Source: an uncultured Saprospiraceae bacterium (GTDB lineage: Bacteria; Bacteroidota; Bacteroidia; Chitinophagales; Saprospiraceae). From it: a stretch of DNA of 64,000 bases. The notes beneath the pieces are model-generated. The model ran no database searches, was not told where the DNA came from, and saw nothing but the letters and a program-made list of their open reading frames with translations. Position numbers and translations under genes: made by a program. This document shows positions 38,835 through 47,512 of the stretch, one piece after another. Every line of letters starts with the position of its first letter. Position 1 is the stretch's first letter. Where the stretch lies: assembly GCA_964632995.1 (NCBI GenBank), contig CAZWDL010000002.1, forward strand, positions 69,730-133,729, written 5' to 3'.

Positions 38835-40832
38835 ATGAAAGTCTACAACGACCTCAATAATCTTCCGGAGTTCAAAAACGCTGTGATCACCATCGGGTCC
38901 TTCGACGGGGTGCACCATGGGCATCAAAAGATTATTGAAAAGGTAAATCAGCTGGCGCGCAATATCGACGGAGAAAGTGTTTTGATCACTTTTCATCCTC
39001 ATCCGCGCATGGTGGTTTACCCCAAAAGTGACGATCTGCAGTTACTCACCAGTATAGATGAAAAAGTAGATCTGCTGGAGAGATACGGCGTTGACAACGT
39101 GGTGGTGGCGCCTTTCACCGTAGAATTCTCTCAGCAGAGCGCCGATGAATACATTCGGAAATTTCTTCTTGAAAAGTTTAATCCACGCTACATCGTCATC
39201 GGGTACGACCATCGCTTCGGCGTGGGCCGGCAGGGGGATATCAACTACCTGAAATGGCACGGCCAAAAGGAAGGTTTTGAAGTTATCACCATTAAGAAGC
39301 AGGAAGTAGAGGATATTGCCGTTAGTTCCACCAAAATCCGCCGGGCCCTCGAGAATGCGGATATCCAAACCGCCACGCGCCTGCTCAACCACTACTTTAC
39401 CCTGACGGGAACAGTGGTACACGGACAACGTATCGGCGCCAGCCTGGGTTTCCCCACTGCCAACCTGGAAATCACCCAAAAACACAAGCTTATTCCCCCC
39501 ACCGGTATTTACGCCGTCCATGTTCTTCACCGGAAGGAACGCTACGGCGGTATGCTCTACATCGGTAACCGCCCTACCCTGCGGGATCACCACAACCGGA
39601 CGATCGAGGTCAATATTTTCGATTTCGACAAAAATATTTACGGGGACAAACTGCGACTGGAAATCGTAGCGCACTTGCGGGAGGACAAAGCATTCGAGCA
39701 TTTTGAAGCCCTCAGCGAACAACTGAAGAAAGACAAAAAAAAGGCCAGGCAACTATTGCGGACGACGGAACAGGCAATGGGTAAAAAAAAAATGAAACAC
39801 CCCTTGGTAGCCGTCGTTATCCTCAATTTTAACGGGAGGCGATACCTGGAAAAATTCCTGCCCTCCGTACTGGCCTGCACCTACCCGAACTTTAAAATTT
39901 ACGTAGCCGATAACGGATCCAGTGACGCCTCTCTCGAGTTACTAGAAACCCAATATCCGGAAGTGGAACGCATCGAGCTGGAACATAATTATGGTTTCGC
40001 CGCCGGCTACAACGAAGCGCTCCGACAGGTTGACGCCGACTACTACGTGCTGCTCAATTCGGATGTGGAAGTAACTCCCGGCTGGATAGAACCCATCCTT
40101 GAATTAATGGAACGGGATCTCACGGTAGCCGCTTGTCAGCCAAAAATAAAATCCTACCTCCATAAAGATACCTTCGAATATGCCGGCGGCGCCGGCGGCT
40201 GGATCGACACACTTGGTTACCCATTCTGCCGGGGGCGCATTCTATCGCACATGGAACGCGATAAAGGCCAGTACGACAGCACCCAGGAAATTTTCTGGGC
40301 CTCCGGAGCAGCTTTGTTCATTCGGGGCCCCTTGTTTCATGCCATCGGAGGCTTCGATCCCGATTACTTTGCTCACTACGAAGAAATTGACCTCTGTTGG
40401 CGACTCAAACGAGCAGGGTATAAAATAATGGCCCGCCCCCGATCAGTTGTCTATCATGTAGGCGGCGGTACGCTGACTTATAACACCCCCTTTAAAACTT
40501 ACCTGAACTTCCGGAATACCCTCTATACCATCCTTAAGAACGAACCCCGCAAGCGGCTCCTCTGGCTGCTTCCCCTGCGCCTGCTCCTCGACGGCCTCGC
40601 CGCCGGCCTGTTTCTGGTACAAGGCAAATGGCGACACATCCAGTCTATCATTAAAGCACACTGGACTTTTTTTCCGCACATTCCCAAAACGATGCGCAAA
40701 CGCCGCCAGAATGAAGAACTGATCCAAAAGGTCAGTATCCTTCCCGAAGCGAATCTCGCCGGCCGATACGAAGGGAGTATTATCTGGCAGTTCTATGCGC
40801 TAGGCAAGCGTGTCTTCCGGCAACTCGGATGA
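38835..40832 (+). CDS. ribF: single ORF encoding RibF (FAD synthetase / riboflavin kinase) fused to a family-2 glycosyltransferase
   Basis: The RibF part (38835 to about 39760) has ITIGSFDGVHHGHQ, the riboflavin-kinase motif GFPTANL and a block EVNIFDFDKNIYGDKL. The GT2 part (from about 39792) has VAVVILNFNG, YVADNGSSD, VLLNSDVEV and EEIDLCWR, plus C-terminal hydrophobic helices. No stop codon separates the two parts. ATG at 38835 preferred over TTG at 38817. Confidence 0.8.
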   Translation: MKVYNDLNNLPEFKNAVITIGSFDGVHHGHQKIIEKVNQLARNIDGESVLITFHPHPRMVVYPKSDDLQLLTSIDEKVDLLERYGVDNVVVAPFTVEFSQQSADEYIRKFLLEKFNPRYIVIGYDHRFGVGRQGDINYLKWHGQKEGFEVITIKKQEVEDIAVSSTKIRRALENADIQTATRLLNHYFTLTGTVVHGQRIGASLGFPTANLEITQKHKLIPPTGIYAVHVLHRKERYGGMLYIGNRPTLRDHHNRTIEVNIFDFDKNIYGDKLRLEIVAHLREDKAFEHFEALSEQLKKDKKKARQLLRTTEQAMGKKKMKHPLVAVVILNFNGRRYLEKFLPSVLACTYPNFKIYVADNGSSDASLELLETQYPEVERIELEHNYGFAAGYNEALRQVDADYYVLLNSDVEVTPGWIEPILELMERDLTVAACQPKIKSYLHKDTFEYAGGAGGWIDTLGYPFCRGRILSHMERDKGQYDSTQEIFWASGAALFIRGPLFHAIGGFDPDYFAHYEEIDLCWRLKRAGYKIMARPRSVVYHVGGGTLTYNTPFKTYLNFRNTLYTILKNEPRKRLLWLLPLRLLLDGLAAGLFLVQGKWRHIQSIIKAHWTFFPHIPKTMRKRRQNEELIQKVSILPEANLAGRYEGSIIWQFYALGKRVFRQLG

Positions 40833-40902
40833 ATTATAAGCTTGCCTGGTTTCCCTAATACCGCCTAGCGTTGAATAGCCTTTTTGCAAGCAGAACTTCC
40901 TT

Positions 40903-42648
40903 TTACACCGTGGGGCTGGTTGCTTTCACCTCTTTTTCCAGATACTCAGACGTAAAGTACTTGGATAAAAAGCGATCGACATTGTCGAAGAAAATGGATT
41001 GCACGATAACTTCAGGCTGGTGACCGAACATCAGTTTTTCCACTTCTCCCGGAGATAGGCGCACTGCTTTTCCTTCTTTGGCACAGTTGATGGGCTTACC
41101 GCTTTTAAGATAGTTCACCATTTCTTCCTCCAGTTCGGGAAAACAGAGTACGTCCCGGTAGGAATTAAAAGGATTGACGATGCCGTCATAATCGCTGCCC
41201 AGCGCAACGATTTTCCAGCTCTCTGCCGGGTCTTTGCCCATAACACGAGCTTCGTCACTGGCGATTTTGACAATGTGGAAAATATTGGACCAGAGTAATT
41301 CCAGGTAATGATCCTTGAGTTCCATCTCGTACCGGGCCACTTTTTCCCGGGCCTTTTCACTAGACCTTTTCGACAATCGCTTGATCTTTTTCTTGAGCTT
41401 TTTAGCCCGTCGCTTAAAATCGTTCCCTGGCATTCTCCCTTCGTGGAGCACCAGTCCGATGATCCCGTCTGAGCGATAAATCTCCTGTATATCTTCATCG
41501 GTCAGGTTAATTTGCCAGCGGCTGAAGAAGGCATCCTTATCCTGTTTTTCAGCATCTTGATGCTTTCCGGCTTCGGTCAGTGAAGGCCAGCCACTAACAG
41601 CGGCATGACTGGAAATGATAGGAATAATATCCTGATGCTGCTTTCTTCTTTCTTCGACATACTGGTAAAATGTTCGGCGAGCGGCAACACTCATGTGTTT
41701 CGTGTCGATCAGAATCCGCCGCCCCTTACTTCTGTCCAGCACTAGTTCCAGGACCTCTCTGCCCAGGTCGGAAAACCCTGCATTGAGAAAGGTTTCCTGA
41801 TTGAAAATATGCCGCATGCCCGGTGAATTAGGCCAGGGTAAAAAAGAAATCAGGTTGGACTTGTCAGACATGCTGCGCGCATGCCCCGCCAGTAAATTGT
41901 TAAAGTGATGGCAAAAAGTAATGAAAAAAGGAGTGTATTCACTTTTTTTAGTATTTCTGATATTATTCAGCAGAGAATCGCGCAACAAGGTCGCTTCAGC
42001 GCTGTCGAGTTGCTCGTAGGTTTTGGCAAAAGTCGAGTTGTGCCTGTAATGACCAAAAGAATGCATGCCCTCGACGGTCAATATCCCCGTAATAGCCTTA
42101 CCGTTCTTCATATTCTTACGGAACTCCTGGTAATTCCGGGCGATATTAAATTTGAATTCCGGATTATTCCTGGAAGTTTTTTCCATCTGCCGGAGCAGAT
42201 ATTCCCTTTCTTCTATGTATTGTTCGTAGTAGTTGACGCCATCGTCTTTGTCTCCGAATACGTTGTGTTCCAGGATAGTTTCTACCCGTTTTTTGGGGAA
42301 GCCTGCAACCGCGGCGCCCAGTGAAGCGTATTTTTTTTCCGGCAGCAGTACTTTTAACAGCAGACGAAAAGGTTGCCGTTGTTCCAAAGCGAACATTTGC
42401 CGTTCGACCGGATAAATACTGACAAAAAGGGCCATCACATGACCATGGGCGCAACCATCGAGGTGAGCTTGCGATTCTTTGGCAATTTCTTCAATTGCGC
42501 CCCGAATGGCGAAGTTCAGCTCCTTGAGCTCTTTTTCCTTTCTCGGGTAACGGTCCCAGATACAACGGCCTTCATTCTCAGGAAAGTTCTCATTGGCAAA
42601 TCCCTTGAGCCCGGGATGTACGTGCAGATCTGCAATTTTAGTTTTCAT
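40903..42648 (-). CDS. divergent membrane-dipeptidase (M19)-like metallohydrolase with insertions
   Basis: 581 aa. The order of blocks mirrors the M19 family: ADLHVHP, TVEGMHSF, IDTKHMS, PIISSHAAV, NLTDEDIQEIYRSDGIIGLV and ALGSDYDGI. There is an extra Lys-rich insert KRRAKKLKKKIKRLSKRSSEKAREK. Confidence 0.55.
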   Translation of the reverse strand: MKTKIADLHVHPGLKGFANENFPENEGRCIWDRYPRKEKELKELNFAIRGAIEEIAKESQAHLDGCAHGHVMALFVSIYPVERQMFALEQRQPFRLLLKVLLPEKKYASLGAAVAGFPKKRVETILEHNVFGDKDDGVNYYEQYIEEREYLLRQMEKTSRNNPEFKFNIARNYQEFRKNMKNGKAITGILTVEGMHSFGHYRHNSTFAKTYEQLDSAEATLLRDSLLNNIRNTKKSEYTPFFITFCHHFNNLLAGHARSMSDKSNLISFLPWPNSPGMRHIFNQETFLNAGFSDLGREVLELVLDRSKGRRILIDTKHMSVAARRTFYQYVEERRKQHQDIIPIISSHAAVSGWPSLTEAGKHQDAEKQDKDAFFSRWQINLTDEDIQEIYRSDGIIGLVLHEGRMPGNDFKRRAKKLKKKIKRLSKRSSEKAREKVARYEMELKDHYLELLWSNIFHIVKIASDEARVMGKDPAESWKIVALGSDYDGIVNPFNSYRDVLCFPELEEEMVNYLKSGKPINCAKEGKAVRLSPGEVEKLMFGHQPEVIVQSIFFDNVDRFLSKYFTSEYLEKEVKATSPTV

Positions 42649-42829
42649 GAGATTAGGGGTTTAGGTTAAAAAATGATTCTATTTTTATAACCTGCTCGAC
42701 AGCAAACTAATTCCCAAAAACCCAGTTCTAATCCGTATTAGTATTGTTGTTTTTACACTATTTTTTTCGTAAACCGAACGGCGCTTGAAGCTTTCCGTTA
42801 CGGATAGAAATTTTGTTGCGGAGTCTGCG

Positions 42830-42837
42830 TATTTTTG
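42830..42837 (+). promoter_or_regulatory. Bacteroidetes-type -7 box TATTTTTG
   Basis: Exact TAnnTTTG match 67 nt upstream of the ATG at 42904. Confidence 0.3.
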
Positions 42838-42903
42838 CTTTCCAAAATAATCATTCATGGTCCCGAAGAACGACCGGGGTTCATTCAAACCAGCAACTGA
42901 GGC

Positions 42904-43632
42904 ATGGCCAAACAACGCGTGGATATCCTCTACCAGGACGATCAAATCATTGTAGTCAACAAACCACCGGGGGTACTGACGATTCCCGACCGGCACAAAC
43001 CCGAGCTTTTCAACCTGCAACACTTTCTCAACGAGACCTACGGCCGGGTCTGGGTCGTTCACCGCCTCGACCGGGAGACAAGCGGAGTACTCGTCTTCGC
43101 CAGGCAGGCCGGGGCTCACCGTGATCTATCCCTGCAGTTCGAAAAGCGGCAGGTCCAAAAACATTACCTGGCCCTGGTAGACGGGCTGCCCACGCCCCGG
43201 GAGGCCGAAATCGACAAGCCCATCGGCCCGCACCCCGGGCAGGCAGGCAAAATGGCGATCATACGTACCGGCAAACCCTCCATATCCCGTTACCGGGTCC
43301 TGGAAAGCTTCCGGCAATTTTCCCTGCTCGAAGTCGAAATCATGACCGGCCGGACCCACCAGATCCGGGTCCACCTGGCCGCCATCGGGCATCCGCTGGC
43401 AGTAGACCCCCTTTACGGCAAACGCGAAGGATTCTATTTGTCAGAAGTGAAGGGGCAAAAATACCAGCTGGCTAAACATAAAGAAGAACGGCCCCTGATG
43501 TCGCGCAATAGTCTCCACGCCTACAAATTATCCTTTGATCATCCAGCTACAAAAAAGCGGATGGAAATTGAAGGGCCGCTACCTAAGGATTTCGGAGCGG
43601 TAATAAAACAACTGCGCAAGTGGGGAAAATGA
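42904..43632 (+). CDS. RluA-family pseudouridine synthase
   Basis: Catalytic motif HRLDRETSGVLVFAR plus GRTHQIRVHLA. Confidence 0.9.
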   Translation: MAKQRVDILYQDDQIIVVNKPPGVLTIPDRHKPELFNLQHFLNETYGRVWVVHRLDRETSGVLVFARQAGAHRDLSLQFEKRQVQKHYLALVDGLPTPREAEIDKPIGPHPGQAGKMAIIRTGKPSISRYRVLESFRQFSLLEVEIMTGRTHQIRVHLAAIGHPLAVDPLYGKREGFYLSEVKGQKYQLAKHKEERPLMSRNSLHAYKLSFDHPATKKRMEIEGPLPKDFGAVIKQLRKWGK

Positions 43633-43675
43633 GTTGATGCTGGGATTCCATAGGGCTAATGCCATCAGACCGGGG

Positions 43676-44017
43676 TTACCCTAGAAACTCATCCAGCTCA
43701 GCGTCCAGGAATTGCTGCATACGGTCCTGCAATTCATCGTAGGCTTCCAAAAGTTTCACTCCAGCCCGGGTTAGTTCGGCGCTCCCGCCCCCTTTCCCCC
43801 CCTGATGGGTAAGGATAATATCCTGGTTAGCCAGCTCGCTGATCTGCTCGGCGCGTCGCCGGGCCTCGTCATAAGAGATTCCAATTTGCTCCGCGGCTGC
43901 GGTCAGAGCCCCCTGTTCCCGGATATTTTTCATCAACTCAATCTCGTCGGGACCGAGAAACTCCTTACCACCCGCCCGTACAATAAGCCGACAATGAAAA
44001 CTGACATCGTTGATCAT
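43676..44017 (-). CDS. ModE N-terminal-domain-like winged-helix regulator (no Mop/TOBE domain)
   Basis: 113 aa. GISYDEARRRAEQISELANQDIILTHQGGKGGGSAELTRAGVKLL matches the ModE wHTH signature (GISY...GGkgGGga.LT..G). Confidence 0.75.
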   Translation of the reverse strand: MINDVSFHCRLIVRAGGKEFLGPDEIELMKNIREQGALTAAAEQIGISYDEARRRAEQISELANQDIILTHQGGKGGGSAELTRAGVKLLEAYDELQDRMQQFLDAELDEFLG

Positions 44018-44085
44018 AATGCTGTTCTATCTTTTTTGAATCTAATTTCTGCTCTTTTTACTACACAGTTGGCATACCACTTGTT

Positions 44086-44114
44086 TTTGAACATCAACTA
44101 TTCCCGTATATTTG
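44086..44114 (+). promoter_or_regulatory. candidate Bacteroidetes promoter: -33 TTTG (44086-44089) and -7 TATATTTG (44107-44114)
   Basis: Exact TAnnTTTG match 39 nt upstream of the ATG at 44153, with a TTTG 17 nt upstream of the box. Confidence 0.4.
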
Positions 44115-44152
44115 TTGCCGCTGAGCAGCGAACTCCTCAGCTTATTAACAAA

Positions 44153-45028
44153 ATGCAATCCGTTCACCTTATGGCACAAGAAGACACCCAGGCGCCAATT
44201 CTGGACCTCGACAAATGTCGAAAAAAGTTTACCGAGCAGTCCGAATCCTATCAACAGGCAAATCCCTACCCTCATGCTCAGTTCGATAATTTTCTGGAAG
44301 AATGGGCGGCGCACGAAGCGATGAATGCTTTTCCTGCTGTAAAAGACGACGGCTGGATACACTACGTGCATGTCAATGAGAAAAAACACGGCCTGAATAA
44401 AATGGATCTGATTCCGGATTTCATCCGGCAGGTCATCAGCCAACTGAACAGCGACGAGTTCGTAGCCGTACTGAGTGAACTCACCGGCATCGAAGGGCTT
44501 CAAGCCGATCCCACGCTTGAAGGGGGCGGACTGCATCAATCACAGCGCGGCGGCTACCTGAACATCCACGCCGACTTCACCGTGCACCCTCATAAGCGCA
44601 ACTGGCGCCGGCGGGTCAATCTCCTGGTTTATCTCAACGGGGGATGGCAACCCGAATACCGCGGTGAACTCGAACTGTGGACACGTGACATGAAGGAATG
44701 CGCCCAACGCATCAGTCCGGTCTTCAACCGCTGTGTTATTTTCAATACGGACGAGGATTCCTACCACGGCCTCCCCGATCCCATCCAGTGCCCGGAAGAA
44801 ATGACCCGCAAATCCATCGCCCTTTACTATTTCACCGAAGAAAAGAAGGCGCCTAAAAAGCGTGGCACCAACTATCAGGCGCGCCCCGACGACGGCTTCA
44901 AACGCTTTCTCATCTGGGCCGATAAAAAATTGGTCAACACCTATAGCGCTGTCAAAGGTTATCTGGGTATCAATGATGATTTCGTCAGCAAAATCCTCAA
45001 CAAACTGGGAGGCGGGAAGAAGAAATAG
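44153..45028 (+). CDS. 2OG-Fe(II) oxygenase superfamily protein
   Basis: Facial-triad candidates NIHADF (HxD) and SYHGLP. The block RRRVNLLVYLN..W...GELELW is typical of this family. The ORF-track 5-prime extension (43805-44152) overlaps the ModE-like gene antisense, so ATG 44153 (or 44171) is preferred. Confidence 0.75.
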   Translation: MQSVHLMAQEDTQAPILDLDKCRKKFTEQSESYQQANPYPHAQFDNFLEEWAAHEAMNAFPAVKDDGWIHYVHVNEKKHGLNKMDLIPDFIRQVISQLNSDEFVAVLSELTGIEGLQADPTLEGGGLHQSQRGGYLNIHADFTVHPHKRNWRRRVNLLVYLNGGWQPEYRGELELWTRDMKECAQRISPVFNRCVIFNTDEDSYHGLPDPIQCPEEMTRKSIALYYFTEEKKAPKKRGTNYQARPDDGFKRFLIWADKKLVNTYSAVKGYLGINDDFVSKILNKLGGGKKK

Positions 45029-45057
45029 CACATCGCCCGGCATTTTAGAGGTGTTTT

Positions 45058-45097
45058 AGCCTCCCTGAGAGTTCTTTGACAGGCTTTTTTCGTTTTT
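45058..45097 (+). terminator. terminator-like hairpin AGCCT...AGGCT followed by TTTTTTCGTTTTT
   Basis: Lies 30 nt after the stop at 45028 and is nested inside a longer inverted repeat (see findings). Confidence 0.5.
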
Positions 45098-45178
45098 CAG
45101 AAGCCTCCAAAATGCCCGGTTCCCGATCCTTATTTAATCGTTTTGTATCCGTAATCAAATAGCAGACCACAAATTATC

Positions 45179-46834
45179 ATGTCGGACAGGCTTAAATACT
45201 CTCTGTTTTTCGCACTACTCGGGGCGTTTTTTTTTATTCCCTTTCTGGGAGGCGTGCATCTTTTCGACTGGGATGAGATCAACTTTGCGGAGATCAGCCG
45301 GGAAATGCTGCTGACGGAAGACTACCTCCGGGTGTACATCAATTTTCAGGCCTTCTTTGAAAAGCCTCCGTTCTTCTTCTGGATGCAGGCGCTGGCTATG
45401 GAGGCTTTCGGCGTCGGGGCGTTTGCCGCCCGCTTTCCCAATGCGATCTGCGGGATCATCACCCTGGTGCTGCTGTTCAATATTGGTAAAAAGCTGTACA
45501 ACACCCGCTTCGGCATTATCTGGGCAGGCGCCTATTTCGGCTCGGTACTGCCTTTCCTTTATTTCAAATCCGGTATTATTGATCCCTTTTTCAACCTTTT
45601 CATCTTTCTGGGGCTTTACTTCTTCATCCTCTTCTACTGGAAGAAGGAAGGCACTGCCCATATTCAGTTGTCCAAAAACAAGTGGTTTTACTTATTCATC
45701 GGCGGCCTTTTTATCGGTATGGGCATTCTGACCAAGGGCCCCGTTGCCTATCTGATTACCGTCCTGACATTAGGTGTCTACTGGGTGTATCAGCGCTTCC
45801 GCTTTTATATCAACATCCCACAATTTCTGTTTTTCAGTTTTGCTGCCTCGCTGATCATGCTCACCTGGTACGGCCTGGAGACGCTGAAGCACGGACCACA
45901 GTTCATCATCGAATTCAACAAGTATCAGTACCGGCTTTTCTCCACTCCCGACGCCGGGCACAAGGGTTTCCCGGGCTATCACTTCGTCGTGCTGCTGGTT
46001 GGCTGCTTTCCGGCTTCCATCTTTGCCATCCGCTCCTTTTTCCGCTTTCCCAAAGAAGAACACAATGATCAGCAGGACTTTCGCATCTGGATGAAGTTTC
46101 TTTTCTGGACGGTACTGATTCTGTTCACCATCGTACGCTCCAAGATCGTCCACTATTCCTCCATGTGCTATTTTCCGCTGACTTTTCTTGCCGCGCTGAC
46201 GATCGATAAAGTCCTTCGCGGTGAGATCGACCTGGCGCGCTGGATGAAAGTGCTGCTGTTGGTGATCGGTGGCTTGTTCGTGCTCGTCACCATCGCCATG
46301 CCTTTTATCGGTATGAATGCCGAAATGCTACAGCCCCTGTTCGACGATCCCTTTGCCCGGGGTAACCTGGAAGCTGATGTACACTGGAGCGGTTGGGAGA
46401 TCCTGCCGGGCATATTGCTGCTGGCCCTGCTGATTTTGACTACCCGCTGGTTTAATCGCGGTAAGCCGGCCAAAGGCTTTCGCTGGCTCTTCGGCGGCAC
46501 GGCGGTTTTTGTCATGCTGACGCTCATTTTCTTCATCAACCGGATCGAAGGCTATTCCCAGCGCGCCGCCATCGAGTTCTTTCAGGAACACGCCGGAGAA
46601 GACGCCTACTTCATCACTCACGGCTATAAATCATATGCTCATCTATTCTACACGCGAAAGCCGCCCGTCACCAATGAAAAAAGCTACGATAAAGAATGGC
46701 TCTTACGCGGTGATATCGATAAAGATGTGTATGTGGTCACCAAAGTACACAAGGCCGATGAACTGCGAAAGATTGAAGAGTTGAAGCAAATCGGGGCAAA
46801 GAACGGCTTTGTATTCTTTAAGAGAGAAGAGTGA
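45179..46834 (+). CDS. GT39/ArnT-like (GT-C fold) polyprenyl-phosphate-dependent glycosyltransferase
   Basis: 551 aa with more than 10 TM helices. N-terminal loop motif HLFDWDEINFAEISREM (DE-type GT-C motif). Confidence 0.8.
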   Translation: MSDRLKYSLFFALLGAFFFIPFLGGVHLFDWDEINFAEISREMLLTEDYLRVYINFQAFFEKPPFFFWMQALAMEAFGVGAFAARFPNAICGIITLVLLFNIGKKLYNTRFGIIWAGAYFGSVLPFLYFKSGIIDPFFNLFIFLGLYFFILFYWKKEGTAHIQLSKNKWFYLFIGGLFIGMGILTKGPVAYLITVLTLGVYWVYQRFRFYINIPQFLFFSFAASLIMLTWYGLETLKHGPQFIIEFNKYQYRLFSTPDAGHKGFPGYHFVVLLVGCFPASIFAIRSFFRFPKEEHNDQQDFRIWMKFLFWTVLILFTIVRSKIVHYSSMCYFPLTFLAALTIDKVLRGEIDLARWMKVLLLVIGGLFVLVTIAMPFIGMNAEMLQPLFDDPFARGNLEADVHWSGWEILPGILLLALLILTTRWFNRGKPAKGFRWLFGGTAVFVMLTLIFFINRIEGYSQRAAIEFFQEHAGEDAYFITHGYKSYAHLFYTRKPPVTNEKSYDKEWLLRGDIDKDVYVVTKVHKADELRKIEELKQIGAKNGFVFFKREE

Positions 46835-46934
46835 AGGGAATTGGGAAAGAAAAGCTGGAAAGCCCACCTGCTCCGGAATTATTTCACCGAGATATGCGGT
46901 ATTTTCCGTATATTCGAAGGGTAATTCCCATCAT

Positions 46935-47507
46935 ATGAACCTGAAATCTCTTAGTAGCCGCAAAGCATTTAAAGAGCAAAGTGACGAGGAGTTGATCGCC
47001 TTTTACCGGCGCAAACGCAACCCACGCATCATAAGTGTTTTATTCAACCGCTATTCCCACAAGGTCTTGGGCAACTGTCTGAGTATGCTGAAAAACAAAC
47101 CAGATGCAGAGGATGCCGCCATGGAAATCTTTGAGAACCTGCTTAACAAACTTGATCATTACGAGGTCAAAAACTTTGAGGCCTGGTTATACAAGGTTAC
47201 CCGCAACCATTGTCTGAAGTTACTCCGGGACAAAATCGATGTCCACAGAGAAGATATTGCTGAAATTAATCCGGATACTTTTGTGGAATTGGAGTCCGGT
47301 TCGGATCATTATATAGAAGAACGTCTCGAAGAACTGAGCGACGCCATTGACAACCTGAAAAAAGAGGATCAGCGCCATTGTATTGTACTCTTTTATCTCG
47401 AACAAAAATCCTACCAGGAAATCGCTCAGGAAAATGGTTACAGCCTCAATGAAGTCAAAAGTCATATTCAAAACGGACGGCGCAACCTTAGAAACTCCCT
47501 AAACTGA
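46935..47507 (+). CDS. ECF-type sigma-70 family RNA polymerase sigma factor
   Basis: Region 2 (FEAWLYKVTRNHCL) and region 4 HTH (SYQEIAQENGYSLNEVKSHIQNGRRNL). ATG at 46935 preferred over the ORF-track start at 46809, which overlaps the upstream gene. Confidence 0.85.
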   Translation: MNLKSLSSRKAFKEQSDEELIAFYRRKRNPRIISVLFNRYSHKVLGNCLSMLKNKPDAEDAAMEIFENLLNKLDHYEVKNFEAWLYKVTRNHCLKLLRDKIDVHREDIAEINPDTFVELESGSDHYIEERLEELSDAIDNLKKEDQRHCIVLFYLEQKSYQEIAQENGYSLNEVKSHIQNGRRNLRNSLN

Positions 47508-47512
47508 ACCAC

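Noticed and set aside
43805-44152. A 116-codon 5-prime extension of the oxygenase ORF in the ORF track.
   Set aside because: It overlaps the well-supported ModE-like gene on the opposite strand and has no oxygenase-family similarity. A promoter-like -33/-7 pair sits just upstream of the ATG at 44153.
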